From positions 2,170,001 through 2,234,000 of the forward strand of contig JASVEC010000001.1 of the NCBI GenBank assembly GCA_030770535.1: DNA of 64,000 nucleotides, in the 5' to 3' direction. Below, one piece after another: positions 38,200-49,944 of the stretch (position 1 is its first letter; each line of letters starts with the position of its first letter). The DNA comes from Batkoa obscura. Its lineage: Eukaryota. The position numbers and the translations under genes were made by a program. Under the pieces are notes generated by a model. That model worked only from the letters and a program-made list of their open reading frames with translations, had not been told where the DNA came from and did no database searches.

Positions 38200-38979
38200 A
38201 TGGCACTAAATTGGGTCACTTTAGGCGACGATAATAAAACTTTTGTACCTTTAGATAATGAGTCTCATTTCTTATGTCAAAGCGGAGTCAGCGTTGAATT
38301 TAGTTCTGGAAAGTAAGTCTAGTTAGTATTTAAATAAAGCTAGAATTAATTTATTACTTATAAAGCGGATACCCAGGGAGTAGGTAAAGATAATTTGACA
38401 ATTAATGAATAAATGATGAATTGTTTAGTCAAACTTTTTCTTCGCCAAAAGGATTATTATACCTTACCAATATTAGAGTGGTATACATTGCTTTTCCTTC
38501 CACACCGCTATTTCAATCTTTATCAATCCCATTAGAGAATTTGAAAAATACTGAATTTATCCAACCTTGGTTTGGTGCCAATTATTTTAAAGGATTGCTT
38601 TTGCCTGTATTGAATGGAAACTTGAGAGAAGAGGGAGAGCTCAAATTTCACTTTAATGAAGGGGGTGAGTGGATTTAACTACAAATTTCTATTAAATTAA
38701 CCATTATTTAGGCGGCTTCTCATTTATTGCGCTTCTAAAACAAGTGAATCAACGTAGACAAGGTAAATTTATTTAAAACTGAATTGTTTATTCTAAAATT
38801 ATATAGAGTTGAACGATAATCCAGAGCATTTGGAATCACTCCCGCTTTATAGACCCGCTTCGCCTGAGTCTAATCAAAACCTTGAAAGTGAGGAAGTAAG
38901 TGGAACACAAACAACTTCTGAGAACCCACCTCCTATAGGTGATGATCTTCCTCCTAGTTATGAGTCTATAGCTAATTAG
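38200..38979 (+). CDS. WBP2/PH-GRAM-like protein with C-terminal LPxY/PPxY motifs; includes an 18-nt microexon (38366-38383)
   Basis: MALNWVTL, GLLYLTNIRVVYIA, FIQPWFGANYF, LKFHFNEGG, LESLPLY, DDLPPSYE. Confidence 0.85.
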
Positions 38980-39409
38980 TGCATCTATTTTTATTTAAAT
39001 ACATTTATTTTTAATTATTCCAAATAGTTTATTGAGTTGAGTATTGAATTATATTTTGGCTTCTAAAGTAAATTTAATAAACGTATGAGGGTTGTTATTA
39101 TCAAATAAAGAGCTATAATGTGCTTAGTTCAAATATTACTGGAACTATTGAATCTATAGTTTGTTTGGAAAATTAATAGCGTAAATTCTATATTAGTTGA
39201 ATTTATATCTTATATACTAAAAAATAAATGTTAATAATAATAAAATAAAAGCTTTTATATTTCAAAATAAATTCTCATGGTCTATAAAAATAGTAATATT
39301 AATTTAAAAGCGTGACTGCAATTTTTAAATTAAAATTAATTTTATGAAATATTTATTATGCAAGTATATCTAAATTAGATGCTAAATGAAAACTAAGAGA
39401 AAATCAAAA

Positions 39410-40114
39410 TTAAACCCAAGACACTAAAAATGGAAGGAATATAAGGATAGGTGCGTATAATCTATGAGCATTGGAAGCTACAGCGTTATATTCTACTTCA
39501 CGAGGATCTTTAAGACATTTACCAGATTGACATTCTGATACAGTGTAATCTACCGTGTTTGAGCAAACATCATTAAAGAATTGGAATTTTTGTGGGCAAG
39601 TAGATGGATTGGTAGAATTAAACATCATAAACAATTTAGTCCCTTCTCTCATATATCCAATACAAGGTTCAATAGAATCAATGGAGTTCTTTAACAATTC
39701 AATCTTTACAAAGTTGATATTATCTCCTTGAATTAATTCTTTGATTCCCCATCTACCATTAGAGTCATATAAAGGATCAACATCAAGTTGTTGAGTCCAT
39801 TGAGTTCCTGAAATACTCCATGGGATTTCATCGACTTTTTGGCAAGATCTAGCAATAACACGACTTTCAGTATGGTTGAAATAAAAAGTGGTTTTCCATA
39901 CACCTTCCAATTCTCTGGTATCGATAGCTGCAGCGGCCTTGGTTTTACCCTTCTTGTGTTTCTTTTTAGATGAAGAGCTGTCTTCCTCAGAAGAAGCATC
40001 ACCACTATCAGCACTTACTTCTTCACTACTCGCGTCACTCGAGGATTTCTTACATTCAACAATGATTGAAAGGAAAGCAATAAATAAGATGGTTATTAAA
40101 AAGAACTTATTCAT
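39410..40114 (-). CDS. Secreted, probably GPI-anchored Cys-containing protein of unknown function
   Basis: Hydrophobic N-terminal signal, S/E-rich then K-rich segment, six-Cys domain, C-terminal ASNA + hydrophobic tail. Confidence 0.7.
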   Translation of the reverse strand: MNKFFLITILFIAFLSIIVECKKSSSDASSEEVSADSGDASSEEDSSSSKKKHKKGKTKAAAAIDTRELEGVWKTTFYFNHTESRVIARSCQKVDEIPWSISGTQWTQQLDVDPLYDSNGRWGIKELIQGDNINFVKIELLKNSIDSIEPCIGYMREGTKLFMMFNSTNPSTCPQKFQFFNDVCSNTVDYTVSECQSGKCLKDPREVEYNAVASNAHRLYAPILIFLPFLVSWV

Positions 40115-41448
40115 TTTTTTAAAATTAAAATTCTAGAAAAAAGTAAATGAGATAAAATATAGGATTGAATTATTTATATTGTTAAAGCTTGTTGATGTTG
40201 GATCTTAAATTAATATCATCGTTTTGAACTGTAGTAACCGCATTGGAGCTGTCTTAATTAAGTAAAATTATTTTTAAAGTTGAAAGTTTAGTAATAGAAG
40301 TTGGAATTTCATTAGTTGATGGGTTGCTCTATTTTTGGTATTCAATTTTATTCGAGATGAATTCATTCTTTTGGCTTCAATTTTCTGGTTGAAAAGGCTG
40401 CATTAACTGAAATTAATTTATGTTCACGTTTTTGATTGTAACCGTTTTCAACATTTAGCTTATTGGAATTATGTTTTAAACTACTTTATAGTTAAACAAT
40501 AAGCTAAAATTTTAATTGTAATAAAAATAAACATTTGAAATAGTAAAAAAGGAATCTAGTATTATAAGTTGATATTAACATTTGTTATTAAATAAATAAA
40601 ACTTACCATTCTAAGTTTAGTTTTATTTGTTATTCATTGCCCCTTGCTTTTAATGCTTATTATTATAATCAACAACAAATAAATAAATCAAGAGTTAATC
40701 ATAATAATCAATTACATATAAGCTACCGGAAATTAAGCTATACTGCTACTATTACTATGTTTTTTAGCGTTTACATAATATTATCAATAATTAAATTGTA
40801 ATTCAGCTAATGAACGTATTACGAATCGTTTTTAAGTAAAAATAAAATTGATACACTCTTATTTTTATTTAGTTTTACAAAAAATGTTTCAGAGTATTAA
40901 AGAAAAATTAAAATATAAAAACACAGTATTTGCTTTTCAAATTTCAATTTCTTTAATTGAAAAGAATTTGATTAGAAAATATTCAAAAAAGTAGTCAAAA
41001 AGCATCAACTACTTTTGATTTGAAACTATAAGAATTAGTATAAAAATATTGGTTTTGTGATAATTTAAAATAAAGTAAGACATTTGATAATACAATAGTA
41101 CTGTAATTAGAAGTTAATAAATATGGTTTTTTAAGATAGTGAAAGAGGAGGACATTTAATTTTAAAGGTAAATTTGTCCCAAAGTAAATCGATATAATAC
41201 TTGTTGAAACATTAAAGTCTATATAAATTCAAACCAAACAATTCAATAAATATAATTTTCTTTTTAGCTTAATCAAAGGATAGTTTCTGTAAAGCCAACT
41301 GTACGTTTTCGATCGTATTATCAAAATAACTTTCAAAGTCTAAATCACATATTGATAACATGACATGTTTGATAACAACTTTCATAATAAACCTTGTTTT
41401 CAATGAAGCTTTCAACTCCAACTTTATATAAATGTTCATAAATAATTT

Positions 41449-41545
41449 GGGGATGTTTTTTTGATTTCATTACTTTTCCATTTTTTAAGCACTATTTGAG
41501 TGGAAATATTGTTAGTAAAATTCTTAAACACAAAAGAACATCGCC
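41449..41545 (-). mobile_element. MITE-like repeat, copy 4
   Basis: GGGGATGTTTTTTTGATTTCATTAC...AAGCACTATTTGAGTGGAAA...ACATCGCC. Confidence 0.85.
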
Positions 41546-41549
41546 ATTT

Positions 41550-44100
41550 GATCTTTGAAAAAACGCTTTCTGCTGGTTTTAGCATATATGAATAAGGTGA
41601 TAGAAGTTTAAAGTTATAGCTAGTATTCTGTAATGTTTTTTCTGTCGCTCGAACTTTTTGAATCCTTGTATCGTCTATGGTTATTCAGGATTCTCCAATT
41701 TCTTGGCCATTACCAAAGATATCAACCAATTCTTCAGTAAACATGACAAACTTTTCACTTATGGATCTTTCATCTAATATGGCATAACGAAGTACACCCT
41801 TTCTGGAGGCAATGGTTATTAGCGTCTGTCTCATGCCTTTTACACCCGAAACAATTGAGTACCTTTTCTCCGTTTTGTAATCGAGCTTCTGTTTTATCTA
41901 AATGGTACTTAAATCCCGATCCATGAATGAAAACACACTTATTGGTACTATTGGTATAAAATTCAATGAAATGAGCAGCACATTTTGCTCTTCTAAATAG
42001 TACTGACTCTTTATTGATTTCATCAAAAGCATAGCTCGAGTTTTTAAAAGTAACTCTTAATAAAGATAATGTTCCACTAACCAAAGGTAACTCTAATTTA
42101 ATATTTTTTCGAAAGTATAGTTTCTCTTGTATTTACTTCAATGTATATTTATTGTTTTTCTCAATCTTTCCGACTTCAGAAATTACCTGATGTGTTAAAA
42201 TCAAACCATCTAGTGTTGCTTCACCTTTAACTTCTATAACCTTGATTGGTTTTTCTATTTCATTACCAGTAGGCATTTGTGGATTGCCATAACTAATGAA
42301 CAGCCGCTCTGGTTCAGTTTTTGTAGAAACCTTCGGACTGATTACTAGAAATAACAAAGTTTTGCTTGCTTCGTTATTTGATTAGCTATTCTCTTAATGG
42401 TTTTTATTAATAATAATCTCACTGCTTTACTTTGTGAATTTCTCATCTCCTTCCATATCGATTTCATTAACGCTTTCAGGTTTTAGTTCATTATCAACGA
42501 GTCTACCTATCTCTTCCTCCCCCTTGCGTACTTTTTTGTCCCTTTCTTGTTCACTTGATTCTTCATACTCGTATACATTTCGTTCACCACTTTTCTGTTC
42601 ACTTGTTTCTTCATCATTCCCCATATTGATTTTTCTAACATTCGTGATAATATTTAACTCCTTTTTATGTCCACTAATAGTATTTCTTGCTTTATTGTAG
42701 TTGTCGATAATTCCTCTGCTGCCACCTTTATACTTTTTTTTTCTCAACTACTAAACTCCATAAATCTCTTATAATTTTATCATTTATTCTAAAAGATTTA
42801 CTAATAAATCCCTTTAACTTCCCTTTTTCAATATTTAGCTCTCTTGAATCTACAACTTCCTTTAGTTACTTTCTCTCTCTAAAAATAACTTCTTTAACTA
42901 TATTATAGTTCATAGATGATTATTCCGCTACTTCCCTGATATACATCTCTTCCTCAATTGTTGCCTCTAATATATTCCTTTTAGTCTCATCCTTTACTTC
43001 TTTCGAGTTCGGAGAGTGAGTTTCTTTAAGTTGCTACCTCTTTATGTACATGTTTTCTCAACATCTGTAGCCTCACTCAGCTTCTTTTTTCTTTGAGGAC
43101 AATTTCTTTTGCTGTACCATACTTCATAAATAATTCCTCTGTTGGTTCTTTCGTAGGCTTGTCTTACTCAAGTAATAACTTTGATAGGGTTTCTCTGATT
43201 TCATTGTTTGCTTTGAAGCGTAGTTGGATGCTAAGCTTTTTTAAATTGTTATCTTTTTGCATATCTAATTTTTTGGGATTTGAAGCCTTAATATACTTTC
43301 TTTTCTCTCTAGGAACAAAATTCCTTACTGTTCATAGCTTATGGATGATTTTTCTGATATCTCTTTTATAGATTACCCTTGATTAATTACCAGACTCAAT
43401 GCACCTTTTTTAATTTTATCATCTGTTTTATTCGCTCTGTCAAGAAATTTTTGTGCTTTACTATCTTTCAGAATCTTTTCTATATTTATATCCTTTTTTA
43501 AATCTTCTATTTCTTTAACGACGATCGTTTTTGCTGCTTCGCTTATTAGCATTTCTTTCAGAATTAATGACTTCAATAGACTCTTCTTAGTCTTATCGAT
43601 TGTTTGATTTTGGATTTTATTAATAGACCCTTCTAAATTATTACCTTTTTGAGTACCCTCTTTTCCAACTCTCATAGTCTCATTCAACCTTCTTCTTTCT
43701 CTTTTAAGGGCGTCCTATACTGTAATATATTTAATAGACAAATGATCTGTTACTTCTCTTACAGGCCTTCCTTGTTTAATCACTAAACTCAGTAACTTTC
43801 TCTTAATCCATCTACTTTTTGCACTTTATCGAGAAATTTTTGTAACTTACTGTCTTTTGAAATCCTTAACTTCCTTGCATTTATATCCTTTTTTAAACTT
43901 TCTTTCTTTTTAGCAACAAATCTTAGTGCTCCATTATAGCTTACGGATAATTGTGCTGGTGCTTCCTTTATAGACAATTCTTTCTTAATCATCATCAGTA
44001 AACCTATTTTTAGTTTTATCACTTATTCTATTGCAGATTCAAGGACCATTGTTTTTTACTCTTCAATGCTAAGATTAGTCATTACTTTTACCATTGAGGT
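41550..44100 (-). pseudogene. Decayed intronless ORF, probably of mobile-element origin: seven tandem HTH-like repeats, acidic linker, then a domain with a CxxC motif
   Basis: Repeating LV..xG/E.SI.EAA..LS..Y..V...V.RE units broken by stops and frameshifts (42660-44022); CFGCKRH...HC at ~41815-41860. Confidence 0.65.
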
Positions 44101-44709
44101 TTACAATATAGTCACTTGATTAAATCAACATTTTGGTTTAAATTGCTTAAAACTTCCTTATCTCATGATAGCTCCAATTAAATTTCTTTCCTTCTTACTT
44201 CGTATTGTGCCGATTGACTTTAAAATATCTTTTTTAATTTATTATATTAAACTTTTAATAGGTTAATGCAAAAATTGTTTTAACTCAAAAATTTAACTTA
44301 AATATTCATTTCATTTAAACCAATAAAAGATATACAATATTATTTATTACATATAAGTTTTAAATGTCTAAATCTAAATGTTTGGGATTTGTGAAATCCT
44401 TTCATTGATTATAATGATATTGGATAATATACTTTACGTTTTATTACTACAACACATTGTTTATTATTATTTAAAATATATTTTGGATAAATTATAATTA
44501 TGATTTGTTTTTAAAATATACACTATGAACTATTGGTTGTCTTGATTTTAAAAAAGAAATCCTTCATAGTATCAAATATTTATGATACAATTATAAATTT
44601 TGTACTTTATAATTTTATATTACCCTGTACTAAAATAATTCACTTAAAAGTTACTATAAGAAACAAAATAAACAAAAACAAAATAGTAAAATTATTTTTG
44701 AGGTTATAT

Positions 44710-44825
44710 GCCAATGTGTTTTTGTGTTTAAGAATTTTACTAACAATCTTCCCACTCAAATAGCACTTAAAAAAATGAAAAAGTAATGAAATCAAAAATA
44801 ACATACAGGGATGTTTTTTTTGATA
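44710..44825 (+). mobile_element. MITE-like repeat, copy 5, fused to the terminus of a further truncated opposite-orientation copy
   Basis: ATGTGTTTTTGTGTTTAAGAATTTTACTAAC...CACTCAAATAGCACTT...AACATAC followed directly by AGGGATGTTTTTTTTGA. Confidence 0.8.
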
Positions 44826-45256
44826 ACTCAAGTTTATTTTGGCTATATAAACCAACACCTTTTGATTTGTAGCTAGAGTTGATCAAGCAAAAACTGCTTT
44901 TAACTATAATTATTAAGTACCAGCTTTTATAATAATTAATTTTGATTTTTTGTTTATATTTGCTATAAATTTCTTTATTTTTTAATCATATAAAATGTTC
45001 CTTTTATGTTTTGATGTCTATACTTGGTATTTATAGTAGAAAACTATAACTACCATTATACTTTTTATGTATAACACTTTAACATAAAGTATAAAAAAAC
45101 TTTCTAATATAAAAACTTTTCTTTTGAAATTATTTCTTAAAGTTGTTAAGTTTTTTATATTGTTTATTTTAGCCATACAAACTAAAATTTATTAACTTAT
45201 AATCAGTTAATTAAGCTAAGATAACTTTTAACTTTAGTTATTAAACATTAAATTCT

Positions 45257-45355
45257 ATTGTGAAATCTGGTACTTAGTGGTTGGGGTCAAAAGATCTTAT
45301 AGTTTATGTAACTAAGACCTTTTGACCCCAACCACTAAGTATCAGATTTCACAAT
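45257..45355. repeat. Near-perfect inverted repeat: 43-bp arms, 13-nt loop
   Basis: ATTGTGAAATCTGGTACTTAGTGGTTGGGGTCAAAAGATCTTA (45257-45299) vs TAAGACCTTTTGACCCCAACCACTAAGTATCAGATTTCACAAT (45313-45355); 41/43 complementary. Confidence 0.96.
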
Positions 45356-45369
45356 TTGCAGCTTTATTT

Positions 45370-45455
45370 AGAGATGTATTTTTGTGTTTAAGAATTTTTT
45401 CACTCAAATAACGCTTAAAAGATAGAAAAAGTAACAAAGCCAAAAAAACACTCCC
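45370..45455 (+). mobile_element. MITE-like repeat, copy 6 (internal deletion)
   Basis: AGAGATGTATTTTTGTGTTTAAGAATTT...CACTCAAATAACGCTT...CAAAAAAACACTCCC. Confidence 0.8.
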
Positions 45456-45974
45456 ATTTAACTTTTTTCAATAACAATGTTTTTTATCATATAAAAGTTT
45501 ATATATAAGCTTTTTACAGCTTTTTACAGCTTTTTTTATAAAATCATTTTGTTCTAACACTAATTTCAATAAACTATTTCTATTTTCTTTATTTTAATAT
45601 ATTTTTAAAGTGTTTTTTTGCTTATCATTACTATATTTAGTTATATTTTACCATCAAAGCTTACCTTGAACAAAAAAAGTTTAGTAAGTTTAAATTTATA
45701 GATTTATTATCTAATAACCTTTGCTAATTTGATAAAATCACTTTAAAATAATCCTCTGGACATTTTGTTTTATAACGAATTTAAGTCAATTCCTTCATTA
45801 TCTTGCTTTGAATAAGTAATTTTAGGAAACAAACTGATTTCAAAAATAATTTTAATTTTGATGCATTTTAAAAGACCTGCGATTTTTAAATTTTTAGGTA
45901 CAAATGTCACTAAAAATTTGAAACTAAAATTCGGTTTTTGATTTTTATTGTTATTTTCCAATAAATAATAAAAG

Positions 45975-47234
45975 ATGTACCACGAGTTATTATTGGCGTT
46001 GATGGGATACCCAGGCGAAATATTTCAATTAAAAAAAAGGATGATAAATACCAGAAACGAAGTTCAAATAAATATAATAGATGAAGATGAGGATGATATT
46101 GGACTACAAGAAGAAGATTCTGAAGCTGAAGAGGAAGAGTATTTTTCCATTAACAAAAGTTTGCCGATCATAAAACCAGAAGAAATCGAATTATTAAATC
46201 GTATATTAAAATTAGGAGATAATTATAGAATAGTTAAATCGTATATAGAGATAAAAGAGAATGAACATTCGTTATATATCAAGTCGTTTAAGTTAAGTTT
46301 GAATGAAATTATGGAGAAGTATGAAAAAAAGGTACTCCTTATTGAAGAAGGTATATTATTAGGAAGAGATTTGGATTCGGGTAGTACACCTATATCGTAC
46401 CTATTAAGTATATTTCATACTGAACTGTTTTTGTTTCTGTTTTTGAAAAGGATGATTAAGGGGATAATTAAAGAAAAATTGAATGCAAATCAAGTTTATA
46501 AGATGTTATATGAGAGTAGAATTCATGGTAATGAAACAATCGAAACGGAAATTAAAAATATATTAGTTCAAATGAATTTAGTATTTTTAAATTATTTGAC
46601 GTATTTTTTATTAAATGGTAGTATTTATGATCCATATTCTGAGTTTTTTATCATGTTAGATAATAATAATAATAATATCAATAATACAGCAACAATTTAT
46701 AACATCTATGAAGATGATAGTATTACTAATATCAATTTAAATTTTATTATATTAGACGATAAAATACCCCCATTTTTAAGTAAAGAACATTGTATTACTA
46801 TATTATTTATCGGTAAAATCATTACAATTGTACAGCAATTCAATTACAATCTAATAGAATATCGACAATTAATTGAAACTGAATTAAACTATCAGAATAT
46901 AAGTCATGATATTCATTACTTAATTGAAAATAGCATTGACAAAATCGAAAAAGAAATTAACAAAACAATCTTAAATAAATTAATTCAAGAAAAAATTCAA
47001 TTTCTTCAACATATCAAAATATTAAGAGATATTTATTTATTAGGTAATGGCGAATTATTTTTTAATTTTAATCAATTATTAATGAATAATTATTTAAATG
47101 AAAATCGTAATATTCAAATAGAAGAATTTAATTTTTTATTTGTTAATTTAATTAACCAAAATTGTTATCAAAGTGAATTTAAATTTTTAAATAAATTTAA
47201 ATTCATTAATAACAATAATGAATATACAATAATA

Positions 47235-47279
<45 letters not shown>

Positions 47280-48083
47280 CAATATCAATTTCTGAATATG
47301 ATTGGTATTTATAACAAGTTAGAATTAAAATATAATAATGATTGGTTATTAAAATTAATATTAAATGAAATGGATTTTAAGCTATATAATGAATTATATT
47401 TAAATTTATTCTGTATTAAATTTATATTACAAAAACTACAGTCAATTTATAAAAAAGTTATTAAATTAAATATACATTATCAATATCATTGGTTCTTTCA
47501 TTTTTTAAATAATTATTGGTCTTATTTACAATTCGATGTAATACAAAAAGAATTTGATATTTTAATAATAGAAATTATTAATGAAAATAAAGACAATGAA
47601 AAAGAGCAAGAATATGTTGAAATTAAACAAATCATTAAAAAACATTGGAATTTTTTATTAAAATTAAAATATTCCAGTTTTTTATTTAATATTAATATTA
47701 AAAACATCATATTTAATTTATTGAATTTAATCTTAAAATTCGTTCATTTAATTTATAATTTTAATAGCAATGAAAATAACAATCATGATGAAAATGAAGA
47801 TACAAATATTATTTCTATGGATAACGATAGTAATAATTTGGATTATTTAAGTTCAAAAACTAATATTCTGTTTAAAGTAAGTTAAATTATTTTATTCTAT
47901 TTTATAATAATATTTTAATTTTAGGATTTCATGACTCAATTAAAATTTTTATACCGAACCTTAAACAATTTAAATCAATTCAATGGGGAAGATCATAAAG
48001 GGATTATGAAATATATGCAACAAAATTTAATTTTATTTATTAATCGATTAAATTATAATAACTGTCTCTCTACTCTTATGTAA
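45975..48083 (+). CDS. TUBGCP4: Gamma-tubulin complex component GCP4 (Spc97/98 GRIP family), 2 exons, poly-Asn tracts
   Basis: MYHELLLALMGYPGEIF, GSIYDPYSEFFI, IPPFLS..ILFIGK, LRDIYLLGNGELF, YWSYLQFDVI, RLNYN. Confidence 0.88.
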
Positions 48084-48137
48084 TATCAGTTTCGTTAAAT
48101 AAAACAAAATAAAATTCCTCAGTAATATTATCCCAAT

Positions 48138-49853
48138 TCATCTCTTTCTGTTGTTTTTAACTTCATTAACATTACCATCTTCTTCTAAACCCTCGAAAAT
48201 AGTTGTAGAAGATCTACGAGTTGAATGATTAGAATCTAATTTTTCCATTTGCTTTTTACTATCAATATAAGCTAATACTAAATCCTGTACTTCTTCAAAT
48301 CTTGTACAACATCTCTCTGTGGGCATAAATGGACGTGTGCCTAAATTAATTTAAATAAATCAATAAATTGATATATAAAGTGTTAAATAAAATTTATCAA
48401 ATTAGTTATATTATGAGTACGATGCTTACTTAATCCTAATTCATTTAATTCTTCTGCAAATAAATTAGCTTGTGCTGGTCGTATTGGTGCAATCCTACTG
48501 GATCTTAAATAAGCACCAACAGGTATTTTTTCTTTCTTTAATTGCAGATGAGATGGAGATAAAGTATCAAAATTATTAGGTAACACTAAAATAAGATAAA
48601 AATAAGATAAAAATAACTTATTAATAGATTATAATTATTTAACTTACATAGAGGGCTCTTATCATCAATATTAATTTCCAAATCTTCTTTATTAAAGATA
48701 CTTTGTTTCCTTGAATAACTTTCAATGCTTGGTGTCATTTCTTTTTTATTTCTCTTTTTACGGGGCTAAAATTTTAAAAATAAGCACCAATATTTATTAA
48801 TATTACTATTAGGAATAAATTCTCTTACTTTAGTAGATAAATCAAAATCTAAATAGGGATTATTTAAATCTAATCCATTATTATTATTATGATTTAATAA
48901 ACTACTACTTGTTTTATTAGAATTATTTAATAAATGCTGGACATAATCTCGTTGTCTTAATTGTTGTTTATAATTCACTTTTAATTTTCTTAATTTTAAT
49001 AGTAATTGTTCTTCTTCCTATTAAAATGGATTGTTAAGATTAGTGTTACTATGTTATTATTATAATGTGATATTACCATAATCTCTTCTTTACTTCTTAA
49101 AAATAATTTGCTCAATTGTTTTTTTCTTTGGAGTTCTTTATCTATAATAAAAGAATTAGCTTAATTAAGTCTCCCCCTTATAGATTCAAATAATTTACTT
49201 TTATCAAATGGAATAATTTTATTCGTTTTATTATTTTCTTTTAATTGTGTTAATTTATTATAAATTATATAAAATTTTTCTTTAATTTCCTATCAATATC
49301 AATCAATATTAACTCTTATAACATAAACCATTATTACCTCCACTCCTCTTTGTTTCTCTTGAAATTCATATCTATCATGAATCACCAAAAATCTACAATC
49401 AAATTTTTTACATAATTCCATTAAGTATTTACATTCTTCAAAAGTCCAATCAGGATCTAAAATTATTTATCAATTAACATTCTATTATATTATTAATATA
49501 AATTAACAAATCTTACCTTTAAAATAACTTTCATATAACTCCAAGCTTAATTTAGGTAAACTTAATTTTGTATTTTTTAATTTAGTAATTTCATTCAATT
49601 CTTCTTCTTTCCCTTCTTTTACCCAATAATAAAAGTTGTCCATATCTTTTCGTGACTGAGTAAGAATACGTTGATAACGCCTAAATGAGATGATGAGTTA
49701 ATGATAGTGAGGTAGAGAAGAATGAAGTTATTCTAATTACCATCGACTCTTTAATTTGCCAGGATAAAAATTATCGGGATTAAATTCAACAATCGGAGAT
49801 AATCCTTCTGTTAATTTATAGTTATTGTTTTTAGTTGAAGGGGATTCACCCAT
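48138..49853 (-). CDS. SWC4: SWR1/NuA4 subunit Swc4/Eaf2 (DMAP1), many exons
   Basis: SANT-like DPDWTFEECKYLMELCKKFDCRFLVIHDRY..RGVE|EIKEKFY; GAYLRSSRI; PFMPTERCCTRFEE. Confidence 0.88.
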
Positions 49854-49944
49854 TTTTTTAAAATTTTAGGAATAAAACTCAAAAGAATTGATACTGTAAC
49901 TTTTTTCAATTTTGTTTTCATTCCTAAAAAACTCAAAAAGTGAA

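Noticed and set aside
41550..44100. Stop-codon recoding (selenocysteine or alternative code) or RIP as the explanation for in-frame stops
   Set aside because: Stops are of mixed types and come with frameshifts; intact genes end in TAA, TAG and TGA normally; too few sites to infer a mutational bias
44533..44858. Short ORFs on both strands (also 59627-59839 and 45770-45961)
   Set aside because: Chance ORFs in AT-rich intergenic or MITE sequence, mostly with non-ATG starts and no recognisable motifs
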